Shown here in pieces: positions 1-14,238 of a stretch of 64,000 nt of DNA. A program made the translations under genes and the position numbers. Source of the DNA: Puniceicoccaceae bacterium (lineage in GTDB: Bacteria; Verrucomicrobiota; Verrucomicrobiia; Opitutales; Oceanipulchritudinaceae); NCBI GenBank assembly GCA_040830765.1, contig JBFOMH010000032.1:1-64000 (forward strand), written 5' to 3'. The notes under the pieces were generated by a model, which saw only the letters and a program-made list of their open reading frames with translations, was not told the DNA's origin and did no database searches. The first letter of the stretch is position 1. Each line of letters begins with the position of its first letter.

Positions 1-3606
<3,606 letters not shown>

Positions 3607-3624
3607 TCCCATATCTATCCTGTC

Positions 3625-5292
3625 ATGAAACATAAAATACACCTGACTCTCTCCATCTTTCTGGCTCTTGGCCCGGTTTTCGCCTCCGAGACCTGGTTTG
3701 GCGATGCCTTAGTCCCCCTTTACCGGGTCTTTGAGACGGAGGTCCAGAACGAGACGCCCTACGCCAACAAGTTCACCGATGTCGAACTGCAGGTCCAGTA
3801 CCAGGCGCCGTCGGGCCGGATCACCAACTTCACCGGCTTCTATGACGGCTATGGCGAAGGGGCCGGCGACGTGACCAATGGCGATACCTGGAAGATGCGT
3901 TTCATGCCGGACGAAACGGGCAAGTGGGAATATGTCTACCGCTGGAGCGATGGAACCGCGGGAGGCAGTGGTACCTTCATGGTCAGCGCTGAGGGCGCCG
4001 GCAAGGGCATCCTCAAGGCCTACCATAAGAATCCTCATTGGCTAGCCTACAACGGGACCGAGCCGGTCTGGATCAAGTCCTATTACGAGACCGGTCATGG
4101 TTCCCTGGGCCAGGACTTCGACTGGATCGTCGAGAATGTCTACGGCAAGCTGCTGGAGCATGGTTACAACCACCTCCAGGTAAACTGGCTGCTCTCGCTG
4201 TGCTGCTTTGGCCAGTACTACCTCGACGGACCGGAACCGGAAACCCTCGACCTCGCCTTGTACGAGGACGGCAAAGTGACCACCACCATGAATCTGGATG
4301 TCTGGCGCCGCATGGAACAGCACCTCGGCTGGCTGAACGATCATGACATCGGCGTCCACATGTTCCTTGGCTTTGACGGGTCCCGCAATGAAGGGCCGGA
4401 GTGGCTTTCGCTGACGCCGGAGGAGCAGGATTTTTACGTCCGTTACGTGGTGGCCCGGCTGGCTCCCTACGCCAACATTGCCGGATGGAACTATGTCTGG
4501 GAAGTCGATGGCGGCCGCGAGGACCAGGAACTTGGCCTGGCCCGCCTGCTGGCCGAGTATGATATTTTTGATCATCTTCGCACCTACGAGGACGAGTATC
4601 CGCGGGAGAACTACTACCACCTTCCGGCCTACAATTTTGCCGCAGTTGAGAACCATGGTATCATGGCCCCTGACAAGTCACAGGAACGGCACATGTGGCG
4701 TTCGCCATGGACGCACCACATGGCCTCGCTGCTCAGCTACAAGGGGAAGCCGGTCTTCATGAGCGAGGGGAATTCCCTCTGGCGGCGCTACTGGCATGAC
4801 AAGGCCCGCGCCAACCAGGATGATCTGCGCCGTGCGGCCTGGGCCACGGTAACCGCAGGTGCTTCCTTCACCTGGAACGGCCATGCCAAGGAATACGAGC
4901 TCTATGCCGGCGGCGAAACCGGCCTGCCGTTCAATGAGGAAAACGAGTACACCCTCAGTGAGACCTGTGTCCAGATCATCGCCGACACCATGAACAATGA
5001 AGTGGAGTTTCACAAACTCCGGCCCGATGACCGCTTGCTCGACCGCCATGAAGTCCTGCGGGTCTATGCCATGGCGGAGTCGGGCCGCCAGTACCTCGTC
5101 TTCTCCATCGAGGCTGAGCCCTTCTCGCTGAGTATCGAACCCGGCAGCTATGCCACCGTCAAATGGATTAACGCCAAGACCGGGGACACCGTGGAGCTTC
5201 CTTCCCTGGATGTATCCGGGGAAGGCGAGAGCGTGCCGTTTACCTGCCCGGATTCCGACAGTGACTGGGTCTTGATTGTCCGCGGCTCCTGA
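3625..5292 (+). CDS. DUF5060 + DUF4038 (GH140 apiosidase-like) + C-terminal collagen-binding-like domain protein
   Basis: Signal peptide. N-terminal GFYDG...WKMRFMPDETGKWEY (DUF5060-like), central YVRYVVARLAPYAN..W barrel, C-terminal DWVLIV. Confidence 0.65.
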   Translation: MKHKIHLTLSIFLALGPVFASETWFGDALVPLYRVFETEVQNETPYANKFTDVELQVQYQAPSGRITNFTGFYDGYGEGAGDVTNGDTWKMRFMPDETGKWEYVYRWSDGTAGGSGTFMVSAEGAGKGILKAYHKNPHWLAYNGTEPVWIKSYYETGHGSLGQDFDWIVENVYGKLLEHGYNHLQVNWLLSLCCFGQYYLDGPEPETLDLALYEDGKVTTTMNLDVWRRMEQHLGWLNDHDIGVHMFLGFDGSRNEGPEWLSLTPEEQDFYVRYVVARLAPYANIAGWNYVWEVDGGREDQELGLARLLAEYDIFDHLRTYEDEYPRENYYHLPAYNFAAVENHGIMAPDKSQERHMWRSPWTHHMASLLSYKGKPVFMSEGNSLWRRYWHDKARANQDDLRRAAWATVTAGASFTWNGHAKEYELYAGGETGLPFNEENEYTLSETCVQIIADTMNNEVEFHKLRPDDRLLDRHEVLRVYAMAESGRQYLVFSIEAEPFSLSIEPGSYATVKWINAKTGDTVELPSLDVSGEGESVPFTCPDSDSDWVLIVRGS

Positions 5293-5293
5293 G

Positions 5294-6358
5294 CTAGTGG
5301 CCGGAGCCGACCAGGTTGCCGAGGTAATTGCCGTAGGTGATCAGGCCGACCGCGCCGACCAGCAGCGCCAGCCCGACTCCCATGTCGAAGAGGGTCTTGC
5401 GCCGCGCTCCCTTCCATTCGCCGATGAGTACGCCGAATCCGCTGCTGAGCAGAATGAGGATAATCATGTGGATGGCCCAACTGGAGAACTTGAAGTCGCC
5501 CATTAGGACATGACCGCGACCATAAAAGAAGAATTGCGTGTACCACATCAGCCCGGTGGCGAAGGAGAGGACATAATTGCGAATGAGTCCGCCCGCCGAT
5601 CCATCCGGGGTGCGTAGGAACTCACCCCAGGTCTTGTTCTTGTTCATCAGGTAGATGATGTAGATCAATGTCGTGGTGAAGGCCCCGTTGTTGGAGAAGA
5701 TGTACTTGATGTTTTCCCGGTTCTGACCGGCCCCGTATTTGGCCGCTACCTCGGCAATGGGGGTCGCGGCATCAAGGGAAAAACTGAAGACCGCCGACAA
5801 GACACCGGCAAGGACACAGAGGGGAAGGCCGATGTGGGCATTGAAGGTTGTTTCCTTCCCATCCTCGGCTAGTTCCCGTTCCTTGCGGAAGCCGGCGATG
5901 CCGGTCAGGATCATGGCAAAGAACCCAAGGATTACCCCAAGGACGACAATCAGGCCACCGTCCTGTTGCAGCTTCTCGGCCAGCACCCCGTTGATAAGGG
6001 GCATGAAGAGGGTCCCGATAAGACAGGAAAAGCCAATCGCGATGGCGTAGGTCAGTGAGAAGCCGATGTACCGGATAGAGACCCCGAAGGCGATGCCCCC
6101 GACCCCGTAGATGACCCCGTAGAGGTACGACAGCAGCATGGCGCCTTTTGGAGCCTCCCCCAGAACAGTCCAGAAGTGATCCCCAAGCGACAGATAGGCC
6201 CCTATCCAGGGCAGCAACAGCCAGCAGAAGAAGGCCTGGGTCAACCAGTAGGTCTGCCAGCTCCATCGGTGGAGGAATTTCTGCGGAGAGTAGCAAAGGG
6301 CAGCGCTGCCAGCGCCAATGGTATGGAGAAAAGTTCCAAAAAGTGGGGCGGATTCCAT
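5294..6358 (-). CDS. rhaT: L-rhamnose/H+ symporter RhaT family transporter
   Basis: About 10 TM helices; WSWQTYW, GFSLTYAIAIG, MWYTQFFFY, SSWAIHM, GEWKG. Likely start MESAPLFG at 6358. Confidence 0.8.
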   Translation of the reverse strand: MESAPLFGTFLHTIGAGSAALCYSPQKFLHRWSWQTYWLTQAFFCWLLLPWIGAYLSLGDHFWTVLGEAPKGAMLLSYLYGVIYGVGGIAFGVSIRYIGFSLTYAIAIGFSCLIGTLFMPLINGVLAEKLQQDGGLIVVLGVILGFFAMILTGIAGFRKERELAEDGKETTFNAHIGLPLCVLAGVLSAVFSFSLDAATPIAEVAAKYGAGQNRENIKYIFSNNGAFTTTLIYIIYLMNKNKTWGEFLRTPDGSAGGLIRNYVLSFATGLMWYTQFFFYGRGHVLMGDFKFSSWAIHMIILILLSSGFGVLIGEWKGARRKTLFDMGVGLALLVGAVGLITYGNYLGNLVGSGH

Positions 6359-6608
6359 GGAAGTGGGCCTTTGTTCGGGTTGTTGAAGGAGAGTGAGGCC
6401 TGTCTTCAGGAGCTTGATTGGGCACCATTGACAGGCAGAAAGTTCCATAAATTCATTTTATTTCATCTAAAGAACTGCATTCGCTCTTGTTATTTCAACT
6501 CCGGCCTCCTTGTCAAGCCAGCATTGTCTAGGGATGCCTGTGCGTTGACTAATATGAAGATTTGTGAACGTTTATGAACGCCTCGTGGGCTTCCGGGAAA
6601 AAGTAATG

Positions 6609-6665
6609 TTGACATCGGGGTTTCATGAAAAATAATAAAAAGCTGTTTTCTTTCATATGAAATAA
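6609..6665 (+). promoter_or_regulatory. sigma70-like promoter with two palindromic operator sites
   Basis: TTGACA 6609-6614, AATAAT 6631-6636, TTTCATGAAA 6621-6630 in the spacer and TTTCATATGAAATAA 6651-6665. Confidence 0.65.
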
Positions 6666-6701
6666 ATCTACTCCAAGCGCGCACCCTTAGGAATTCCAAT
6701 T

Positions 6702-9700
6702 ATGTCGACCCACGATCGTACCCCGTCTGCTCAACGTACACTCGCCAGACGCTTTAGCTTCTGCTTTCTGACGCTGCTGCTATTGCTTCCCAGTTCCCTG
6801 CTGGAGGCCCAGGAAGCGGCCGATGGCCTAATCATCGGACGCGTCTTCAATGCCCGCACTGGCCGCTACGTCAACAATGTGGAGATCACCATCAAGGGGA
6901 CTTCCAGGCGCGAACTGACCAACCAGTTCGGGGAGTACAGCATCTACGGGCTCGAGCCGGGCCAGTATATCCTCACGGCTTCTTACACGGGTCTTTCTCC
7001 TGAGGTTGCCAGCGTGCGGGTGTCTTCCGGAGAGACCATTATTCAGGACTTCACCTTTGCCAGACGCCCCGGAACTGAACAATTGGAATCCGAGGAACAG
7101 ATATTCGAGATGGAGGAATTTGTGGTCGATGCGCATGACTTCGAGAGCATGCAGGAACTGGCCATTCAGGAGGAGCGGGTAGCCGTCAACCTCAAGCACG
7201 TTGTTTCCGCGGAGGCCTACGGGGCAGTCGCTCAAGGGAACATTGGTGAATTCGTAAAGTTCATCCCGGGGGTGCAGGTTGATTATGGCTCACAAGCTTA
7301 TTCCAGCGGTGCCGATGCCACGGCAATCTCCATCCGGGGTTATGGCGCGGAACAGACGGCCGTGACCATCGACGGCATCCCGGTGGCCAATGCCCAGCCG
7401 GGCGAGCTGACCGAGGCTATTGGCCTCGACATGTTGTCCATCAACAACGCCTCCCGGGTTGAGGTTATCAAGGTCCCGACACCCGACCAGCCCAGTGCCT
7501 CGATTTCCGGAACGGTCAACCTGATCAGCAAGACCGCCTTCGAGTATCCCAAGCCCAAGCTCAGCTACCGGGTTTATGCCTCCATCAATTCCGAAAACAC
7601 GGATTTCTTCAGCAAGACCCCGGGGCCGACCAACAAGCCGACCTACAAGACCCTGCCTGGTGTCGACCTGACCTACGCCTGGCCTATTAACGACAAGATT
7701 GGTTTTACATTCACCCTGGCCACTTCCAACCAGTTCAATGAGAACCACCGCATTAAGCCAACCTGGCGCACCCGCCGGGACACCGAGATCGGCGAATGGG
7801 TAGGGGAGGATGGTGAGACGATTTCGCCGGTCTATGCGGATGCCAGCCGTCCGGTCCTTGATAATTTCAGTCTCAGCGACAATCCGCGTTTTTCCTACCG
7901 CAACTCAGCTGCGGTCAAGATGGACTGGCGGCCCCTGGATGGACTGCTGATTACGACCAACTACCAGTTCAGCACATTTAATTCTGAGCAGGGCGAACGC
8001 CTCGCGGAGATGAACGCCGCCGGCAACTTTGCCCTCGAGAGCTATGGACCGGGTTACCACATCGGACAGGACGGTGAAGGTAACCACCAGTTGATTGTCC
8101 GGTCCCTTGACCGTGACGGCGAGACCCACTCCGGTTACATCAAGGCAACCTACATCAAGGGCCCGTGGGATATCCGGACCCACGTCTCCTACTCAACCTC
8201 AGACGGCAATCTCCTCAGTGGTGAGAACGGACACTTTTCCGAGTTGGAGCTATCCATGGGTGGTATCAACAAGTCCTTTTTCTATGAAATAACCGATGGA
8301 ATCCCGGTTGATTTCGAGTATTACGACGAAGACGGAAACCTGCTCAATCCCAATGACCTCGATTCGTACCGGATTTCGGGGTATGATCCGACAGATCCCC
8401 AGGCCGGTACACTGAGTGTGCGGGCTGGTGAAACACGCACCCACAACGAAATCAAGACGGCAAAGTTTGATATCAAGCGGGATCTGGATGACCTCATTCC
8501 CTGGGACTGGATGCACCTTGCGGTAAAGACAGGTGTCTACTGGGAGGAGAAGCTGAAGGAAAAGACGGGCTTGGGTATCAATTACAAGTACCAGTTCACC
8601 GGTGCCTCCGGCAACGACCTTAACCTTGGCGACTTCATCGACGAAAACTACGTCGGGGTGGACCCCGGCTTTGGATTTGATCCCTATGAATGGCCGGATC
8701 CGTACAAGGTCTATGACTACTTTGAAGAGAATCCGGAGGATTTCAGTAATGACCTGGATATCCCTCGCTTCAACAGCGATGGCGATGTGGATGAGATTTC
8801 CGTGGCGGCCAATAATTATAATGAGTCCGTCAATACAAACCTCTCCGTTACTGAGGAGAAGATGTCCTGGTATTGGCAGATAGAGTCCAGTTTCTTCAAT
8901 AACCGGCTGAGCATCGTTGGCGGGGTCCGCCAAAACGAGTCGTCACGGAAGGGACGGGCCAAGTTCACCGATCCCGATTGGAATGTCCTCCGGACAGGAC
9001 TGGATGAGAACGGGGACGGCATCCTTGATGTCATTCCGCCGGATCCGATTTATGGCCAGCCGCGGGTAGACGACCCGATGTTCACCTTTACCGCGGAGTA
9101 TTGGGCCAACCATCCGGAATGGAGTGTTACCTATGCTGATGGCACTCCGTTCCAGGCTGGTGTTGCCTTTGATGGGACTCCTTTGGAAATCCGCCCCGGT
9201 ATTGCCAGCCTGCCAACCTACTTTTATCCCTCGACGAATATCGGGGTTGATAATCAGGGTCATGTCGTCAGCGGCTCCCTCGCCCAGGCGATGCTCAGCA
9301 GCCAGGCTAATTTCCCGGTCAACGAGAAGACGTCATCGCAGCCATCCCCGATCATCAGTGGTTCCTTTGACGTCACGGACAAGATTGTCCTTCGCTTGTC
9401 ATGGGCCCGCTCCCATGCCAACAAGAACATCGAGGATACCATCCTGCGGGACGTCCGCTATGACACGGATGCCACGCCGCCAACCTTGCGGGTCAACAAC
9501 CCGACCCTCACGCCCTGGACGGCAGATAGCTATGACATTGGGCTGACCTATTACACCAACAGCGGTGGGAAGATCTCCCTGTCCTACTTCCTGAAACAGG
9601 AAAAGAATTTCTACGAGGATGTGATCATTCCCATCACTGAGGAAAACTTTGAGGAAATCCTTCCCCTTTATGGCATCTCGCCAAACCCGATTTACCACCA

Positions 9701-10268
9701 GGATGGATGGGTGATCCAGACCCAGCAAAACGGGGAAGGAACCGGTGAGTCGACAGGATACGAGGTTGAGGTCAGCCAGGACCTCGGCATCCTGGGTAAC
9801 TGGGGGAAGTATTTCTACGTCTATGCCAGTTATACTTCCAAGTCACGTCGCCAGCCATTGGTGGGCAACGATCCCATCGGGCCAACCTCGGACGAGCTGG
9901 CTGCCGGTGGTGTCAACTTCAACTACAGGCGGATCAGTGCCCGGGTAAATGCCACCTGGCGCTCGGAACAAGTCAGTGGAGGCCAGCAATTGCGGGTGCT
10001 TATCGACCCGACCCAGAAGGCAGGTGACGACAATTACACCACGGTGGCGGCCTTTACGGAGACGCCGGCCGAGTTGAAGGTGGATGTCAATTTGAGCTAC
10101 CGCATCGGGGACCGTTATTCAATCGACCTGACGGCCAAGAACATCACCAACACCAAGACCGAACGCTTCTTCAAGTCAGTGGATGACACTTATCCCATCT
10201 ATGCCCAGTTGCAGGAGCAGCGCCAGTTTGGTGTCACCTACACGATTGGGTTCAGCGGGCAGTTCTAA
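6702..10268 (+). CDS. TonB-dependent receptor with N-terminal carboxypeptidase-regulatory-like domain
   Basis: Signal peptide; IIGRVFNARTG N-domain; plug (ISIRG, RVEVIKVPTPDQ, GTVNLISK); barrel ending in GFSGQF (terminal Phe). Confidence 0.92.
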   Translation: MSTHDRTPSAQRTLARRFSFCFLTLLLLLPSSLLEAQEAADGLIIGRVFNARTGRYVNNVEITIKGTSRRELTNQFGEYSIYGLEPGQYILTASYTGLSPEVASVRVSSGETIIQDFTFARRPGTEQLESEEQIFEMEEFVVDAHDFESMQELAIQEERVAVNLKHVVSAEAYGAVAQGNIGEFVKFIPGVQVDYGSQAYSSGADATAISIRGYGAEQTAVTIDGIPVANAQPGELTEAIGLDMLSINNASRVEVIKVPTPDQPSASISGTVNLISKTAFEYPKPKLSYRVYASINSENTDFFSKTPGPTNKPTYKTLPGVDLTYAWPINDKIGFTFTLATSNQFNENHRIKPTWRTRRDTEIGEWVGEDGETISPVYADASRPVLDNFSLSDNPRFSYRNSAAVKMDWRPLDGLLITTNYQFSTFNSEQGERLAEMNAAGNFALESYGPGYHIGQDGEGNHQLIVRSLDRDGETHSGYIKATYIKGPWDIRTHVSYSTSDGNLLSGENGHFSELELSMGGINKSFFYEITDGIPVDFEYYDEDGNLLNPNDLDSYRISGYDPTDPQAGTLSVRAGETRTHNEIKTAKFDIKRDLDDLIPWDWMHLAVKTGVYWEEKLKEKTGLGINYKYQFTGASGNDLNLGDFIDENYVGVDPGFGFDPYEWPDPYKVYDYFEENPEDFSNDLDIPRFNSDGDVDEISVAANNYNESVNTNLSVTEEKMSWYWQIESSFFNNRLSIVGGVRQNESSRKGRAKFTDPDWNVLRTGLDENGDGILDVIPPDPIYGQPRVDDPMFTFTAEYWANHPEWSVTYADGTPFQAGVAFDGTPLEIRPGIASLPTYFYPSTNIGVDNQGHVVSGSLAQAMLSSQANFPVNEKTSSQPSPIISGSFDVTDKIVLRLSWARSHANKNIEDTILRDVRYDTDATPPTLRVNNPTLTPWTADSYDIGLTYYTNSGGKISLSYFLKQEKNFYEDVIIPITEENFEEILPLYGISPNPIYHQDGWVIQTQQNGEGTGESTGYEVEVSQDLGILGNWGKYFYVYASYTSKSRRQPLVGNDPIGPTSDELAAGGVNFNYRRISARVNATWRSEQVSGGQQLRVLIDPTQKAGDDNYTTVAAFTETPAELKVDVNLSYRIGDRYSIDLTAKNITNTKTERFFKSVDDTYPIYAQLQEQRQFGVTYTIGFSGQF

Positions 10269-10353
10269 TCCAACCTTCAAGATTGTCATGCCAGATACCG
10301 GAAGCAATCCATCCGGCATCCAAATTCATGGCTAGTGACTCTTTTCTCCCATC

Positions 10354-11028
10354 ATGTTGAAATTCAAAATACAACTCCTCTCGGCAATCTGTCTGGCCGC
10401 CCTTCTGCCGGCTAATGGATATGGCCTCGATGCAGCAAGCGTCGATGAGTACAAGTCCGTAGCCACTGGACGGGCCGAAAAGATCGTGACCGGTATGCAG
10501 TTGGCTGATCCCGCAATCGCCCGGAAACTAGTGGAGGTGATAGCCGGCCAGTATTGTGACCTGTTCGCCATTCACGAAATCCGGGATGCTGCCCTGAAGC
10601 AGTTAACCGAGTACGATCATGGATTCGAATCGCTCAACCGCCTGGCCCGTGAGGGAATTGAGGCGGGTGCACGGGAAGCCGTCGACAATGCGCATCGGCA
10701 GTTTGTGGCACGGGTAGAATCCCTTGTCGGAAGCGATGGCCTTGAGGCGGTCAAGAATGGGATGACCTATCATGTGGCCCCAAACACGTATGGCGTCTAC
10801 ATGCAGATGCTCCCGGACCTCGACGACGAAGGGAAGGCCCTGATCAAGGCCTGGCTGTGGGAAGCCCGCGAGTACGCCATGGATGCGGGCTCCTCGGATG
10901 AAAAACACAAGTGGTTCGGCAAGTACAAGGGACGAATAAATAATTACCTTTCCTCCCGCGGGGTCGACTTGAAGGAAGCAGAGCGGGCAATGTGGGCCCG
11001 TTTGAAAGAGGAGAAGACCTCCCCGTAG
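10354..11028 (+). CDS. DUF3826 domain protein (secreted, helical)
   Basis: Signal peptide; VKNGMTY, EAREYAMDAGSSDEKHKWFGKYKGRINNYLS is the recalled DUF3826 core. Confidence 0.75.
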   Translation: MLKFKIQLLSAICLAALLPANGYGLDAASVDEYKSVATGRAEKIVTGMQLADPAIARKLVEVIAGQYCDLFAIHEIRDAALKQLTEYDHGFESLNRLAREGIEAGAREAVDNAHRQFVARVESLVGSDGLEAVKNGMTYHVAPNTYGVYMQMLPDLDDEGKALIKAWLWEAREYAMDAGSSDEKHKWFGKYKGRINNYLSSRGVDLKEAERAMWARLKEEKTSP

Positions 11029-11037
11029 GACAGACCG

Positions 11038-13275
11038 ATGCCGATCTATCGAAACAAAACCAGGTTTCCCATCCTCCTTGCCGCCGGACTCCTGCCGGGG
11101 TTGCTTGTGGCGTTGCCGGTGCGGATCGACCTCGGGATGGATACCGGGCGCAGTGATACCGCCCGTGATGGCTGGCTTGAGTGGCAGGTGCCCAACGGGA
11201 CAGGGGCGGAAAGACAGTTTGGGGAATTGACTCTGGAGCTGCGTTCTCGCGACGGCTTTACGGGAACGTGGTTCAAGAAGGGCCTGGCCTTTGATGCTGC
11301 CATGGCCACCGATGGAATCGCCTCATCGGGCGCTGGCGGAAATTCAATCGAGGTCCGGATTAGTGGACTCAAGGAGGGGAGCCACTCAATAGTTACCTAC
11401 CACAACTTTGTTGATGATTCCTCATCCGGGAATGTGGATATCGAAATCGGGGATCAGGCAATGCGGGTTCAACCGCCACTCAAGGTAAAGAGTGACCTCC
11501 AATCTGCCAGCGCTTATTTCGAGTTCAGTGTTGAGAACGGTCAGCCCGTGGTAGTACGTATCAGCGGGACCGATACAATTATCCTCAACGGCATTGAGAT
11601 CAATGGCTCCGACCCCATGCGCAAGGCTTTTGGCCCTTACCCGGCCGACGGGGATTTGCATGCCGATGGCGATGCCGGGCAGGTTCGCCTGCAGTGGAGG
11701 AAGGCCGCGGGAACGAAGTCGCACCGGATCTATTACGCGACAGGAAATGACCTGGAGGACTTGAGGGAGCAGGTTTTTGCAGCTGATCCGAGTTCTTCCT
11801 TGGTCCGCGGAACCTTTCCCCATGAAACCTTTGTCCAGAATGTGGAGACCGGCAACAGCCTGGCCTGGCATGCCTGGCGGGTTGACGCCATTGACACGGA
11901 GGGTGTTGTCACCAGGGGAGATGTCTGGACATTCCGGACCCGACAACTGGCGTTCCCCGGGGCTGAAGGCTATGGGCGATTCGCCATCGGGGGCAGGGGC
12001 GGCCGGGTTATCAAGGTGACCAACCTGAACGACAGCGGACCGGGTAGCCTGCGGGCGGCTGTCGAGGCAGAGGGACCACGGACGGTGGTCTTTGACGTCT
12101 CCGGAAGAATCGTCCTGGAGGAAAAACTGGTTGTCCGGAATCCCTACCTTACCATAGCCGGCCAGACAGCTCCCGGGAAAGGTATCTGCATTTCCAACTA
12201 CAACCTTGGAATGCTGGGGACCCATGATGTCATTATCAGGCATATGCGGGTCAGGCCGGGTGACACCTCAGGTGACACGCTTGATGGCATGGGCATGGCC
12301 AGCAGCGACCACTGTATCATCGATCACTGCTCGATTAGCTGGACCCATGACGAGGCATTCAGTTCGCGCGGTGCCGGCAACATCACCCTGCAGCGGACCT
12401 TGATTTCAGAAGCCTTGAACGAGGCCGGTCACCGCAAGTATGGCAAAGGGGCCCGGCACGGGTTTGCCGCCAGCATTTCCGGTGATATTGGCACCTTCCA
12501 TCACAACCTCCTGGCACATTGTGCCGGACGCAATTGGAGCCTGGCCGGTGGTCTGGACAATGCCTCACGGCATGCGGGGCGCCTCGATATCCGCAACAAT
12601 GTCGTCTATAACTGGGATTATCGGACAACCGATGGAGGAGCCCGACAGGTCAATTTTGTCAACAACTACTACAAGCCCGGGCCGGCTAGCCGGGTCTTCC
12701 ATGTCCTCAAGCCGGAACGCAAGCTGGTGGAGGCATTTGGGCCGCAGGACTATTTTGTCATGGGAAATGTCATGGAGGGTCACTACGGACCAGAGGAGCA
12801 TTGGGTCGGGGTGGCCGAAGAGGGTGACGAACCCAAGCAGGCTTACCTTGTTACAACCGCTTTTTTCCCATCTTTCGTGAATACGCAAACGGCCGCAGAG
12901 GCCTACGCTGATGTGCTGGATGACGTCGGGGCCAACGTCCCGGTGCTGGATGAACATGACAGCCGGGTTATTCGGGAAGTCCGGGAGGGCACCGTTACCT
13001 ACAAGGGAAGCCGCTCTGGCCTTCCCGGATTGCCGGACTCCCAGGAGGATGTCGGCGGCTGGGAGAATTATCCGGAAGTGCATCGTCCCAAAGGCTGGGA
13101 CTCCGATAACGATGGTATTCCCGACGACTGGGAAACCGCCCGTGGCCTTGATCCGGAAAATGGGTCCGACGGTGCTGGAGATCCGGATGGCGATGGCTTC
13201 ACTAACCTCGAAGACTATCTGAACTGGCTGGCTGCCGGAGGCAGTATGGCCGAAACAGGAGAGAAGCAAGCATGA
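11038..13275 (+). CDS. PL1 pectate lyase with N-terminal beta-sandwich/Fn3-like domains
   Basis: AFPGAEGYG...GGRGG, GPGSLR, TIAGQTAPG, IIDHCSISW, NNYYKPGP; C-terminal DSDNDGIPD/DPDGDGF Ca-binding repeats. Confidence 0.88.
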   Translation: MPIYRNKTRFPILLAAGLLPGLLVALPVRIDLGMDTGRSDTARDGWLEWQVPNGTGAERQFGELTLELRSRDGFTGTWFKKGLAFDAAMATDGIASSGAGGNSIEVRISGLKEGSHSIVTYHNFVDDSSSGNVDIEIGDQAMRVQPPLKVKSDLQSASAYFEFSVENGQPVVVRISGTDTIILNGIEINGSDPMRKAFGPYPADGDLHADGDAGQVRLQWRKAAGTKSHRIYYATGNDLEDLREQVFAADPSSSLVRGTFPHETFVQNVETGNSLAWHAWRVDAIDTEGVVTRGDVWTFRTRQLAFPGAEGYGRFAIGGRGGRVIKVTNLNDSGPGSLRAAVEAEGPRTVVFDVSGRIVLEEKLVVRNPYLTIAGQTAPGKGICISNYNLGMLGTHDVIIRHMRVRPGDTSGDTLDGMGMASSDHCIIDHCSISWTHDEAFSSRGAGNITLQRTLISEALNEAGHRKYGKGARHGFAASISGDIGTFHHNLLAHCAGRNWSLAGGLDNASRHAGRLDIRNNVVYNWDYRTTDGGARQVNFVNNYYKPGPASRVFHVLKPERKLVEAFGPQDYFVMGNVMEGHYGPEEHWVGVAEEGDEPKQAYLVTTAFFPSFVNTQTAAEAYADVLDDVGANVPVLDEHDSRVIREVREGTVTYKGSRSGLPGLPDSQEDVGGWENYPEVHRPKGWDSDNDGIPDDWETARGLDPENGSDGAGDPDGDGFTNLEDYLNWLAAGGSMAETGEKQA

Positions 13276-14186
13276 CGGAAGCGCGTATCGGACGCAGGAC
13301 CTTTTGCCTGAGCGGCGCATTGGCGGCAATCGGGTTGGCTGCCGGACCGTTATCTGGAAAGGCTTCCGCCCCGCGAACTGCACCAAGCCAACGCTACCGG
13401 ATTGCGGTCTGCGACTGGATGATTTTGAAGCGCCAGAAACTGGGTGCCTTCAAGCGGACCCATGAGATCGGAGCCGACGGGGTGGAGCTGGATATGGGAG
13501 GACTTGGTAATCGGCCGACCTTCGACAGCAAGCTGATGGACCCCATTGAGCGGGCAAGGTTCAAGGCAGAAGTTAGGAAGTACAATCTGGAGATTTGTTC
13601 CATGGCGATGTCCGGATTCTATGCCCAATCCTTTGCCGAACGGGAGACGGTTCCCCTCATGGTCAAGGACACCATCAATACGATGGAACTGATGGGCGTG
13701 AAGGTGGCGTTTCTTCCCCTTGGCGTCCAGGGGGATCTTGTGCAGAGGCCCGAGCTAAGGCCGCGCATCGTGGCCCGGCTCAAGGAGGTAGCTCCAATGG
13801 CCGAGGCAGCCGGTGTGATCATCGGTTTGGAGACTGCTTTGGACGCCCGGGGCGAGGTGGCCCTACTTGATGAAGTCGGCTCGCCTGCCATCCGGAGTTA
13901 TTTCAACTTTGCCAATTCCCTGCAGGCGGGTCGCGATCTTCACAAGGAGCTGCGCATCCTTGGCCGGGACCGTATTTGCCAGATTCACTGCACCGATGAA
14001 GACGGCGTCTGGCTGCAAGACAACAAGCGCCTCGATATGCACCGGGTCAAGGACACCCTTGATGATCTCGGCTGGTCGGGCTGGCTGGTCATCGAGCGCT
14101 CGCGTGATGCCAACAATCCCCGCGATGTTGTCGGTAACTTCGGGGCTAATACCCGATACCTTAAGTCTATTTTTCAATCCTCCTGA
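13272..14186 (+). CDS. Tat-exported xylose-isomerase-like TIM barrel (sugar phosphate isomerase/epimerase family)
   Basis: GRRTFCL twin-Arg signal; GADGVEL, GLET, QIHCTD, GWLVIE. Confidence 0.8.
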   Translation: MTEARIGRRTFCLSGALAAIGLAAGPLSGKASAPRTAPSQRYRIAVCDWMILKRQKLGAFKRTHEIGADGVELDMGGLGNRPTFDSKLMDPIERARFKAEVRKYNLEICSMAMSGFYAQSFAERETVPLMVKDTINTMELMGVKVAFLPLGVQGDLVQRPELRPRIVARLKEVAPMAEAAGVIIGLETALDARGEVALLDEVGSPAIRSYFNFANSLQAGRDLHKELRILGRDRICQIHCTDEDGVWLQDNKRLDMHRVKDTLDDLGWSGWLVIERSRDANNPRDVVGNFGANTRYLKSIFQSS

Positions 14187-14238
14187 ACACTTCTAGCCTC
14201 TTGTTCATCTCACTTTATATAAGACAAGCCATTCCATC

